A DNA stretch of 52,966 nt from a virus (Duplodnaviria > Heunggongvirae > Uroviricota > Caudoviricetes). The DNA lies in IMG/VR virus record IMGVR_UViG_3300014208_000025, positions 1-52,966 of that record. The stretch is one strand, 5' to 3'. Positions within the stretch are counted from its first letter, which is position 1. Each line of letters starts with the position of its first letter. The notes below the pieces were generated by a model that had not been told where the DNA came from, did not search any database, and saw nothing but the letters and a program-made list of their open reading frames with translations. Positions 45,569 through 52,966 of this stretch are shown here, one piece after another. The position numbers and the translations under genes are program-made.

Positions 45569-46543
45569 ATGGATACTACTACACTAACCCCACCCACTGC
45601 GGTCAAAAAGAAAAAGGTCAGCTTCTCCCAATTTCAGAATTGGTATAACTGTCGTCATCGTTGGTATCTGGATAACGTCATGGGATTCAAGAAGTTTGAA
45701 GACAGTGTGAACACTTGTTTCGGAACGGCTATCCATGAAGCAATTCAGCTTTACATCGAAACCCTTTACAAAAAAGGTGTCAAAGATGCGGCAGAACACG
45801 ACTTGTTTGAAATATTCAAAGTAGCCTTCAAACGTGAATTGGAAAAGGCCAAGGAGAACAATGGAAAAGGAAAAAATCCAGATTCCAAGACCCCTGTAGG
45901 CTTCGTTCCTTTTGATTACACAACCGAACAGTTTGCTGAATTTGTCTGTGATGGCACCGATATTTTGAACGCATTTCTGAACGTCACCAACCGGCTCAAA
46001 TACTTCCCCACCGGCAAATATGAGTTCATCGCCGTGGAAGATGAAATCGTCATGCCCATCAAAAACAATGTTGAGTTCATCTGTTACATTGACGTGGTGT
46101 TGAAGGAAAAGGCATCGGGCCGTTACCGTATCATTGACATCAAGACCAGCACCACCGGTTGGAACAAGTATCAGATGGAGAACCCATCCAAGACGGCTCA
46201 AATCCTTCTTTACAAAGCATTTTTTAGTCGCAAATACAACGTGTCTATTGACATGATTGACGTGGAGTTCTTCATTCTGAAACGAAGGCTTTACGAGAAC
46301 TATGCCTTTCCTCAAAGTCGTATTCAGACCTTCACACCCAACAACAATCAACGTGCAGTAGCCGGTGTATTGAACGTGTTTTCCGAATTCGTTACTGAAT
46401 GTTTTCAATTGGATGGCACCTTTATTAGTGACCCCAAGGGTTACATCAAGACTCCCGGCAAGGCCAAGAAGAACTGTAAATACTGTCCTCACAAGAAAGT
46501 CAATTGTGATGCCAAGTCTGACGTTCCAAAGGATGAAGAATGA
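45569..46543 (+). CDS. PD-(D/E)xK nuclease, RecB/AddB/Cas4-like exonuclease
   Basis: SFSQF...C, FGTAIHE, YIDVV, IIDIKTS, QILLY, CKYCP....C. Confidence 0.9.
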   Translation: MDTTTLTPPTAVKKKKVSFSQFQNWYNCRHRWYLDNVMGFKKFEDSVNTCFGTAIHEAIQLYIETLYKKGVKDAAEHDLFEIFKVAFKRELEKAKENNGKGKNPDSKTPVGFVPFDYTTEQFAEFVCDGTDILNAFLNVTNRLKYFPTGKYEFIAVEDEIVMPIKNNVEFICYIDVVLKEKASGRYRIIDIKTSTTGWNKYQMENPSKTAQILLYKAFFSRKYNVSIDMIDVEFFILKRRLYENYAFPQSRIQTFTPNNNQRAVAGVLNVFSEFVTECFQLDGTFISDPKGYIKTPGKAKKNCKYCPHKKVNCDAKSDVPKDEE

Positions 46544-46896
46544 AAAATGAAAATTACAATAAAGGAAGAGAACTCTGTTTATCTAAAAAATATAGTTATC
46601 CCCCAGCGGGAGTTTTTGACTCCCCAAATATGACAGCATATAAAGATACGTTTCCACAATACAACAACGTTAACGGACTCGCCACTACACCAGAATGGCG
46701 AGATTTTATGGATGGTTGGAATTCTGTATATCACGACAAACAAGAAGCAAAAAGAAAACAATACTGCGTGGATGATTTTTTGACGGAGTTAAGAACGTTG
46801 TGTAAAAAATATGACGTTTCCATAGTAACCGATGGCGGTTATGATTCTGGTCGAGCGTTTATAAAAGATTATGAATTTCATATTGAAATTCTATGA
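46540..46896 (+). CDS. hypothetical protein
   Basis: ATGA-coupled ORF. Confidence 0.6.
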   Translation: MKNENYNKGRELCLSKKYSYPPAGVFDSPNMTAYKDTFPQYNNVNGLATTPEWRDFMDGWNSVYHDKQEAKRKQYCVDDFLTELRTLCKKYDVSIVTDGGYDSGRAFIKDYEFHIEIL

Positions 46897-47072
46897 AAAA
46901 GAAAGTCGGATTGCTTATCAATTGCGAAGCCTGTAAGGATTTAATCACCGAACAGGGTGCCCTCATTTTCTCCCCTCCTACTCGTGATTTGGTTGGTAAA
47001 CACCATTTATGCCGCAAGTGTTATTTCATCCTTTACGACATCTGGATGAACCTCGACAAGTATTCCAAATAA
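46893..47072 (+). CDS. 59-aa zinc-finger protein
   Basis: Manual translation with CEAC...HHLCRKC. Confidence 0.55.
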   Translation: MKKKVGLLINCEACKDLITEQGALIFSPPTRDLVGKHHLCRKCYFILYDIWMNLDKYSK

Positions 47073-47133
47073 AAATAATGGATTTTTGACTTCACACATA
47101 GTTATACGGTAATAAGGTAAACCGTAAAAATGT

Positions 47134-47361
47134 ATGAAGAAACAAAATATCACAGCTACCACCGTAAAGCTTGACGACAAGTTGTATTACGATTTCAAAG
47201 TTCAAGCAATGAAGGAACGACTGACCCTTCAAGACTTCGTTGAAAAATGCGTCACTTTGTATGTATCCAACGAACCTCACAGTGCTTCGTTTAGAGATTT
47301 GATAAACGAATTTAAACTTTCTGTATTGAGCACTACCGGCTCATTCGGTTCACAACCATAA
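47134..47361 (+). CDS. ribbon-helix-helix-like DNA-binding protein
   Basis: TTVKLDDKLYYDFK..A......LQDFVEKCV.LY. Confidence 0.65.
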   Translation: MKKQNITATTVKLDDKLYYDFKVQAMKERLTLQDFVEKCVTLYVSNEPHSASFRDLINEFKLSVLSTTGSFGSQP

Positions 47362-47373
47362 GGAGTATAATCT

Positions 47374-47823
47374 ATGACCGATTTTAAAAAATTCACAGAC
47401 GAAGAACCCAAGTTTTGGACCCGATCATTTCCAAAAACACCAAACAAATTCATATGTTACATAATTGACTCTGTAACTGGAAATTCAGTAATACCAACTT
47501 ATGTCATTCATACAGTTGAACGACCGACTTATGTATGGAAAGATGATATGAGAGTGTGGAATAATTTGTCCATAGAATGTTACGAAACGGTAGGAGATTA
47601 CATTGTGATGAAAATCAATTCCGCTAAAACATTTAATGTCAGTGTAAAAGAATTAACCTCTATGGGAGATATTGTTGAAGAATGGGAATTGATTGGATGC
47701 CGATTTGAAAAAGTTTATCCCAAACCATTGAGTTGGGAGAGAAGAAACGGAGAGGTCCTATCAGTTAGATGTGACATTAAATTCACCAATATCAGAGTAA
47801 ATACCAACACAGAAAGAAAGTAA
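47374..47823 (+). CDS. divergent tail-tube (gp19-like) paralog
   Basis: PK..NKF..YI, IPTYVI..V.RP, W..L.I..YE, GDIVEEW.L.GC. Confidence 0.55.
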   Translation: MTDFKKFTDEEPKFWTRSFPKTPNKFICYIIDSVTGNSVIPTYVIHTVERPTYVWKDDMRVWNNLSIECYETVGDYIVMKINSAKTFNVSVKELTSMGDIVEEWELIGCRFEKVYPKPLSWERRNGEVLSVRCDIKFTNIRVNTNTERK

Positions 47824-47826
47824 GTT

Positions 47827-48393
47827 ATGGCCAAGAAGAAAATCCTATTACTATCAGACGACCTTCGTATGCACAGTGGAATCGCCACAATGAGTCGTGA
47901 AACCGTTCTTGGAACGGTTAAACAATATGACTGGGTTCAAATTGCTGGAGCTATCAATCACCCCGACAAAGGCAAAATCATCAATATGGATGCGGCTACC
48001 GTTCAAGTAACGGGGGTGAAGGATGCCAAGGTAGTTTTGTATCCTGTGGATGGTTACGGAAATGAAGAAATTCTTTTCAATATCATGGATAGGGAAAAGC
48101 CGGATGCTATTCTTCATTTTACAGACCCTCGTTTTTGGGGTTGGTTGTATTCTTTGGAAAAACAAATTCGGGCAAGGATTCCATTAGTTTATTTAAATAT
48201 ATGGGACTGCGTACCATTTCCAATGTACAATAAACCATATTACGAATCGGTTGATTTATTAATGTCAATCAGTAAACAAACCTATAACATTAACAAATGG
48301 GTATTAGGACCGGATAAGTGTTTTACTTTAAATGGAACATTTGATAAAAACGGAAATTTAATTCCATTTAATGAAGTGAATAAAAAAGAATAA
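47827..48393 (+). CDS. glycosyltransferase (GT-B), N-terminal half
   Basis: KKILLLSDDLRMHSGIA, EKPDAILHFTDPR, YLNIWD, ISKQT; lacks the sugar-nucleotide-binding domain. Confidence 0.8.
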   Translation: MAKKKILLLSDDLRMHSGIATMSRETVLGTVKQYDWVQIAGAINHPDKGKIINMDAATVQVTGVKDAKVVLYPVDGYGNEEILFNIMDREKPDAILHFTDPRFWGWLYSLEKQIRARIPLVYLNIWDCVPFPMYNKPYYESVDLLMSISKQTYNINKWVLGPDKCFTLNGTFDKNGNLIPFNEVNKKE

Positions 48394-48432
48394 AAGTTAA
48401 TCGTTTTCATTCTTTGACTTATATGTATTGCC

Positions 48433-49077
48433 ATGAATGAAACTATATTTTGTCCAAAATGTAAAGAACCAAAAGTTTTTAAGAATCAAAATTCTTATTA
48501 TACCAACCGAAAAAAGAATAGGATTTGTAAAGTCTGTAGGCATAAAGAGCATTCTGAAAAATTAAAAGGAAGAAAACGTATTCCTTTTTCTGATAAATGG
48601 AAACGAAATATAGCCATAGGACATAAAAAATCCAAGGTTTGGGTTGATTCAATGAACACGCCCGAATATAAAGAAATACACAGACAAAAAATGATTCGAT
48701 TAATAAAGGAAGGAAGATATGGACGCGTTGGCTACAATTTAAATGCGTGTAAAGCGTTCGATTTTATTAATGAGCAGTTATGTTGGAGTGGTCAACACGC
48801 TAAAAACGGCGGAGAAAAATCCGTAAATGTTTTTATTTTGGATTATTATTACCCGACATTAAATATAGCAATAGAATGGGATGAAAAGCATCATAAAAAA
48901 GCTCAACATAAAAGAAAAGATTGGTTTAAGCAAAAAATTGTAACTGAAACTATAGGATGTGAATTCTATAGAATTGATGATGTAACAAAAACCGTTAGAA
49001 AAGTCGATAAAAATCCAATTGATAGAACGGCGGAAATCCAAACCACATTGAATGAATATTATGAAAACAAAAAATAA
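48433..49077 (+). CDS. homing-endonuclease-like protein (Vsr/DUF559-like)
   Basis: CPKC..CKVC, HAKNGGE, LDYY...IAIEWDEKHH, GCEFYRI; paralog of 25259..26194. Confidence 0.8.
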   Translation: MNETIFCPKCKEPKVFKNQNSYYTNRKKNRICKVCRHKEHSEKLKGRKRIPFSDKWKRNIAIGHKKSKVWVDSMNTPEYKEIHRQKMIRLIKEGRYGRVGYNLNACKAFDFINEQLCWSGQHAKNGGEKSVNVFILDYYYPTLNIAIEWDEKHHKKAQHKRKDWFKQKIVTETIGCEFYRIDDVTKTVRKVDKNPIDRTAEIQTTLNEYYENKK

Positions 49078-49231
49078 AGAGAGAAGAGTTCTTAATATAG
49101 ATAAAGAAGATTTTGATTTCATTAAAGAATATTGTGATGCTAATGCGTTTAACATGCCCAAATGGGTGGTAAAAATTTGTGTAGATTACATAAATAAGAA
49201 ACTTGAAAAAACCATAAAAGGAATGGAATAA
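49061..49231 (+). CDS. 56-aa ribbon-helix-helix-like protein
   Basis: Manual translation RRVLNIDKEDFDFIKEYCDANAFNMPKWVVKICVDYI; fills the gap exactly. Confidence 0.65.
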   Translation: MKTKNKERRVLNIDKEDFDFIKEYCDANAFNMPKWVVKICVDYINKKLEKTIKGME

Positions 49232-49232
49232 T

Positions 49233-50228
49233 ATGACATTTGAAATGAATGGACAGAAAATTGAAAATAAAACATTGTTGTGGTATGTTCCGCACGGAAT
49301 AAATACCACCACGTTCCGTCCAATTGCCAAGGATGATGCCCTTTTACTCAAGAGGCGAAAGGAAATTCTTGGACCAAAAGATTACGCATTCGTCATTCTT
49401 TACAACAGTCGTAACGTTCAACGTAAACGAACAAGCAACATCATGCTGGCTTATAAAACGTTCTGTGACAATCTTCCCAAAGAAGAGGCCGAAAAATGTG
49501 TATTGGTTCTTCACACGGAAATTCGTTGCGATGCCGGAACCGATTTGGTTGCTGTCAAGGAAGCCTTCTGTCCTGATTATGATATTGTGTTCTCTCCGGG
49601 AAAATACACGCCAGATGACATGAATATTCTTTACAATGTTGCGGATGTCACTATCAATCTTTCTTCCAATGAAGGATTCGGTCTATCAACCGCAGAATCG
49701 TTAATGTCGGGTACTCCAATCATCGTGGCCGTTACAGGTGGTCTGCAAGACCAAATTGGACAAGTCAAAGACGATAATTCTCCGATTGAGTTTAACCTAC
49801 ATTTCGGTTCAAACAGCATTGGCAAATACAAGAAACATGGTGTATGGGCTTACCCTGTCTGGACCAAGGTTCGTTGTGTTCAGGGTTCTATTCCAACGCC
49901 ATACATTTTCGATGATATGACCAAGTGGGAAGATGCCGCCGATGGTTTCATGTATTGGTATTTGATGGGTGATGAGAAACGAACCAAGTGTGGTTTGGCG
50001 GGTCGTAATTGGGCCTTGGCCGAAGGTGGTATCAACGCTGAAAATATGTGCAATCAGTTTATTAAGTGTATGGATTTCACGTTGGAAAAATTCAAACCTA
50101 TCAAGCAGTTTGGATTGTTCACTGCTGATGATTACTGTGGCAACAAGATGCCCGGAGGTATGGGAATTGAAATTCCTATCATTGACAAAGAAAAGTTGAA
50201 ACAAGAAATCGAATCGGTAACGGTATAA
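49233..50228 (+). CDS. glycosyltransferase (GT4-like), C-terminal half
   Basis: YVPHGIN...F.P, NSRN..RK, YNVADV, SSNEGFGLSTAE (E-x7-E), GTPII, TGGLQDQ. Confidence 0.85.
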   Translation: MTFEMNGQKIENKTLLWYVPHGINTTTFRPIAKDDALLLKRRKEILGPKDYAFVILYNSRNVQRKRTSNIMLAYKTFCDNLPKEEAEKCVLVLHTEIRCDAGTDLVAVKEAFCPDYDIVFSPGKYTPDDMNILYNVADVTINLSSNEGFGLSTAESLMSGTPIIVAVTGGLQDQIGQVKDDNSPIEFNLHFGSNSIGKYKKHGVWAYPVWTKVRCVQGSIPTPYIFDDMTKWEDAADGFMYWYLMGDEKRTKCGLAGRNWALAEGGINAENMCNQFIKCMDFTLEKFKPIKQFGLFTADDYCGNKMPGGMGIEIPIIDKEKLKQEIESVTV

Positions 50229-50232
50229 TAAC

Positions 50233-50261
50233 TTGAAGGTTTCATACAAATAAAGTAGAAT
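50233..50261 (+). promoter_or_regulatory. sigma70-like promoter
   Basis: TTGAAG-17 nt-TAGAAT; ATG at 50269. Confidence 0.55.
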
Positions 50262-50268
50262 AGGTTAT

Positions 50269-50892
50269 ATGCTTACACTACCATTCAAAAGAACTGACCC
50301 ACTGGCAAAAATACCGACCCGTGGAAGTAATTCAGCCGCAGGTTATGATTTGTGTTCAACCGAAAACTACACATTGAAACCATTAGAACGAAAACTATTC
50401 AAGACGGGTCTTTCAATTGAAATCCCAACTGGTTTGTATGGACGGGTGGCACCGAGAAGTGGTTTGGCCTACAAGGATGGTTTGGATGTTATGGCGGGCG
50501 TTATTGATGAAGACTATCGTGGTGATGTCGGCGTTATTCTTATCAATCTTGGTTCAGTTGAAAAAAGGATTGTTATGGGTGACAAAATTGCCCAAATCAT
50601 CTTTGAAAACTACAACGTAGTTTCATTAGTGGAGTTAGAGTCTCTTTCGGTCACGGCTCGTAATGACGGTGGATTTGGTAGCACTGACGAGGCCAATGTT
50701 ATAAAGATACGAGCAGCACAACCAACCATCGTTGAACCAACCGAAATGCCCAACCGAAAGTATGATGTTGACAAACCATTCAGTCAAACAGGAAAGTCAT
50801 CCATCCTTGAAAAGTGGAAATCGAATGTGCAGACCAATGACGCTGTAAGTTACGAAAAGTTAGTCAAAGAACGAGAAACGCCAGTTCAATGA
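50269..50892 (+). CDS. dut: trimeric dUTPase with C-terminal extension
   Basis: AAGYDL, PRSGLA, GVIDEDYRG, IAQ, R..GGFGST. Confidence 0.95.
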   Translation: MLTLPFKRTDPLAKIPTRGSNSAAGYDLCSTENYTLKPLERKLFKTGLSIEIPTGLYGRVAPRSGLAYKDGLDVMAGVIDEDYRGDVGVILINLGSVEKRIVMGDKIAQIIFENYNVVSLVELESLSVTARNDGGFGSTDEANVIKIRAAQPTIVEPTEMPNRKYDVDKPFSQTGKSSILEKWKSNVQTNDAVSYEKLVKERETPVQ

Positions 50893-51500
50893 AAACGTTT
50901 GACCCATATAATTTTGACTACAAATCATATGTTAAGGAAACGTATGATTTGAATGAAATGCCCAATAAATGGCAGCATGATAAATTCAATTTGGATGACC
51001 CAATTTTGAATTCTAGTGAAGCCGTATGGGTAGAAAGAGAAGTAAAAAAGTTTACTATTGTTTCCTTGGGGCAATCAACAAAATACAGGCTATTTCATAA
51101 AATTGAAGGCAAGGAAGAAACGTATTATTTGATGACGGTGGACAAACCATTTATCCATGCCGAATATGCGTTTATTAGAATCAAATCTCCAATCAAAGGA
51201 ATTGAAAACAAATATTTGTGGAATTTCAAATGGGATAAAGGATTGATACGAAATTTTTTTAACGAATTTATAGTAATTAAAGAACCAGTAGTCATTTCTG
51301 ACGAAATACAGACTGAAAGGGGGTTTAACTTTTGGAAATGGTTGTATGTTGATTATGTAAAAAACAAAAAAAGTCATATGATGTATGTTTTAGATATGAA
51401 AACTGGAAACAAAGGAAAATTGGATTCCGCCGATTCTATGGAACGTTATTACACCGAAACAAAATCAGGAAATTTAAGATTTGTGTTACAGAAAATATGA
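50889..51500 (+). CDS. hypothetical protein
   Basis: 203-aa ORF; KGL...F and SDEIQT..G..FW faintly GNAT-like. Confidence 0.65.
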   Translation: MKTFDPYNFDYKSYVKETYDLNEMPNKWQHDKFNLDDPILNSSEAVWVEREVKKFTIVSLGQSTKYRLFHKIEGKEETYYLMTVDKPFIHAEYAFIRIKSPIKGIENKYLWNFKWDKGLIRNFFNEFIVIKEPVVISDEIQTERGFNFWKWLYVDYVKNKKSHMMYVLDMKTGNKGKLDSADSMERYYTETKSGNLRFVLQKI

Positions 51501-51718
51501 AACGAGTAACAACACCATCTCAAAGAGAAGACGCCACTTATTTCTGTGATAAACATCCAGACCGTGAGTGTGCTACCCAACTGGAACTTATCAGTTGGTA
51601 TGGGAGCATCTATGACATGACCAAAGTTGAAGCCCATCTTTGTGACGAATGTGTTAAGGCAATGAGACAGTTGTTGGAGAACGAATTTAAAGTAAAACCA
51701 GAGGATATCAATATATGA
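51497..51718 (+). CDS. small Cys/His zinc-binding protein
   Basis: FCDKH...HLCDEC. Confidence 0.6.
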   Translation: MKRVTTPSQREDATYFCDKHPDRECATQLELISWYGSIYDMTKVEAHLCDECVKAMRQLLENEFKVKPEDINI

Positions 51719-51975
51719 AAACACATCAAATCACTTGTGGAAATAAATCTGAAATAATAGAATATTTTGATGATTTGTTGAAATATACCAGAGAACATTT
51801 AAAAGAAAATAATCTTTTGTATTCTATAGACGGAATAGAAAAACAAATAGATGACATAATAAATAAACAAAATGGTTTTGGTATAATATTCTGTCTTACA
51901 AGAGACAGTCGAGATGGAAGTGTTCAAGACAAAGTAAATTTAGAACTAAGAGAATTTTATGTTCATGTAAAATGA
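51715..51975 (+). CDS. hypothetical protein
   Basis: ATGA-coupled ORF. Confidence 0.55.
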   Translation: MKTHQITCGNKSEIIEYFDDLLKYTREHLKENNLLYSIDGIEKQIDDIINKQNGFGIIFCLTRDSRDGSVQDKVNLELREFYVHVK

Positions 51976-52009
51976 ATCTAACAATAAAAATAAACGAAAA
52001 CCAAATAAT

Positions 52010-52966
52010 ATGAGCAAACCAGTATGTATTTTTCAATCGGCCATGTGGACACGTAGCGGTTACGGAGATTTGGGTCTAGCCCTTGCCAAGAGCCTGTTTC
52101 GTTACGATAAATATGATTTGATGTTGGTGCCTACCAAGTGGGGTGGCTGCACTCGTAAATATCTGTTAGAAAGCATCACCGATCCTGTGGAAAAGGAACT
52201 CTTTTCCAAAATTATTCGTGGCCCATTACAGAAACAACCCGAAGTTTTCATGCAATGTACCATTCCCAACGAATTTCAGGCTCCGGCCAAATACAACATC
52301 GGCATCACAGCGGGTATCGAGACGACTCTTTGCCGACCAGATTGGTTGGATGGATTGAATCGTATGAACTTGAATCTCGTGACTTCCCAACACGCCAAGG
52401 ATGTGTTTGAAAAGCCAAAATACATGATTCAACCCCAAGGTTCTCCAGCCCCAGTTCCCATCAAATCACTCAAACCAATGGAAGTTCAGTTTTGGGGTGC
52501 GGACACGAGCATCTACAAAAAAACAGATGAAAAGAATGACGCAGTGGAATCGGAACTAGCCAAAATTAAGGAAAATTTCTGTTTCTTGTTTGTAGGTCAA
52601 TGGACCAGTGGAGGATTATTTTCCGACCGTAAAGACATTGGAAATCTTATCAAAACATTCATGAAAACGTTTTCAAACTTTGCCGATGAATCTAAACGAC
52701 CAGCCCTTATTCTCAAGACCAGTGGAGCCGCGTTGTGTAACATGGACAGGCATGATATTGTAAATCGTCTGGCCGCTGTCAAGAACATGGTTTCAACCGA
52801 ATTGAAGACTACTAACGTGCCAAACGTGTATCTGTTACATGGCGAATTGAGCGAGGGGGAAATGAATGCTCTTTACAACCATGAAAAAGTAAAGGCCCAC
52901 GTTTCATTCACCCACGGAGAAGGTTATGGACATCCGTTGTTGCTTTCCACGTTAAGTGGAAAACCT
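52010..52966 (+). CDS. GT4-like glycosyltransferase, truncated by window end
   Basis: Absent from the ORF track because there is no stop; MSKPVCIFQS..TRSGYG, IPNEF..KYNIGITAGIET, FLFVGQW, DRKDIG, THGEGYG. Confidence 0.85.
   Translation, partial: MSKPVCIFQSAMWTRSGYGDLGLALAKSLFRYDKYDLMLVPTKWGGCTRKYLLESITDPVEKELFSKIIRGPLQKQPEVFMQCTIPNEFQAPAKYNIGITAGIETTLCRPDWLDGLNRMNLNLVTSQHAKDVFEKPKYMIQPQGSPAPVPIKSLKPMEVQFWGADTSIYKKTDEKNDAVESELAKIKENFCFLFVGQWTSGGLFSDRKDIGNLIKTFMKTFSNFADESKRPALILKTSGAALCNMDRHDIVNRLAAVKNMVSTELKTTNVPNVYLLHGELSEGEMNALYNHEKVKAHVSFTHGEGYGHPLLLSTLSGKP

Noticed and set aside
45584-46492. 302-aa antisense ORF
   Set aside because: Lies entirely opposite the well-supported PD-(D/E)xK nuclease and has no motifs; best explained as a codon-bias shadow.
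45569-46543. Cas4-like nuclease as a sign of CRISPR-Cas
   Set aside because: No repeat-spacer array or other cas genes seen; stand-alone nucleases of this type are common in phages.
48394-49232. Self-splicing intron or intein in the glycosyltransferase
   Set aside because: The insert is almost fully coding, no P/Q/R/S or domain V motifs are visible, and the N-half ends in a stop.
1-52966. Stop-codon reassignment as in some large phages
   Set aside because: Core genes are intact in the standard code, coding density is high, and TAA, TGA and at least one TAG (6968) terminate genes.

Overview
The window looks like part of a large, AT-rich tailed phage genome (jumbo or T4-like) using the standard genetic code. 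No rRNA, tRNA or CRISPR array was seen. It encodes a T4-type replisome (family B DNA polymerase, sliding clamp, clamp loader, SF2 helicase), NAD-dependent DNA ligase, rIIA/rIIB, dUTPase, nucleases, an RNA-repair cluster, ClpP, SET and macro domain proteins, Gmd and glycosyltransferases, probable virion proteins and at least seven free-standing homing-endonuclease-like genes. The most striking unexplained signal is that five endonuclease genes from three nuclease types each overlap, always in the same relative frame, a conserved 49-57 aa basic microprotein (MGR..T.EE...R.R...[YFW]Y-x14-Y[YW]). The ORF track omits three of these and mis-starts the other two. Also notable: a stand-alone capsid fragment matching the T4 Gol-peptide region, a glycosyltransferase split by an endonuclease plus RHH cassette, a u-spanin-like lipoprotein, a TATTTATA motif just before start codons, and a mini IS200/IS605-type element. 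All family assignments come from motif recognition by eye, not database searches.
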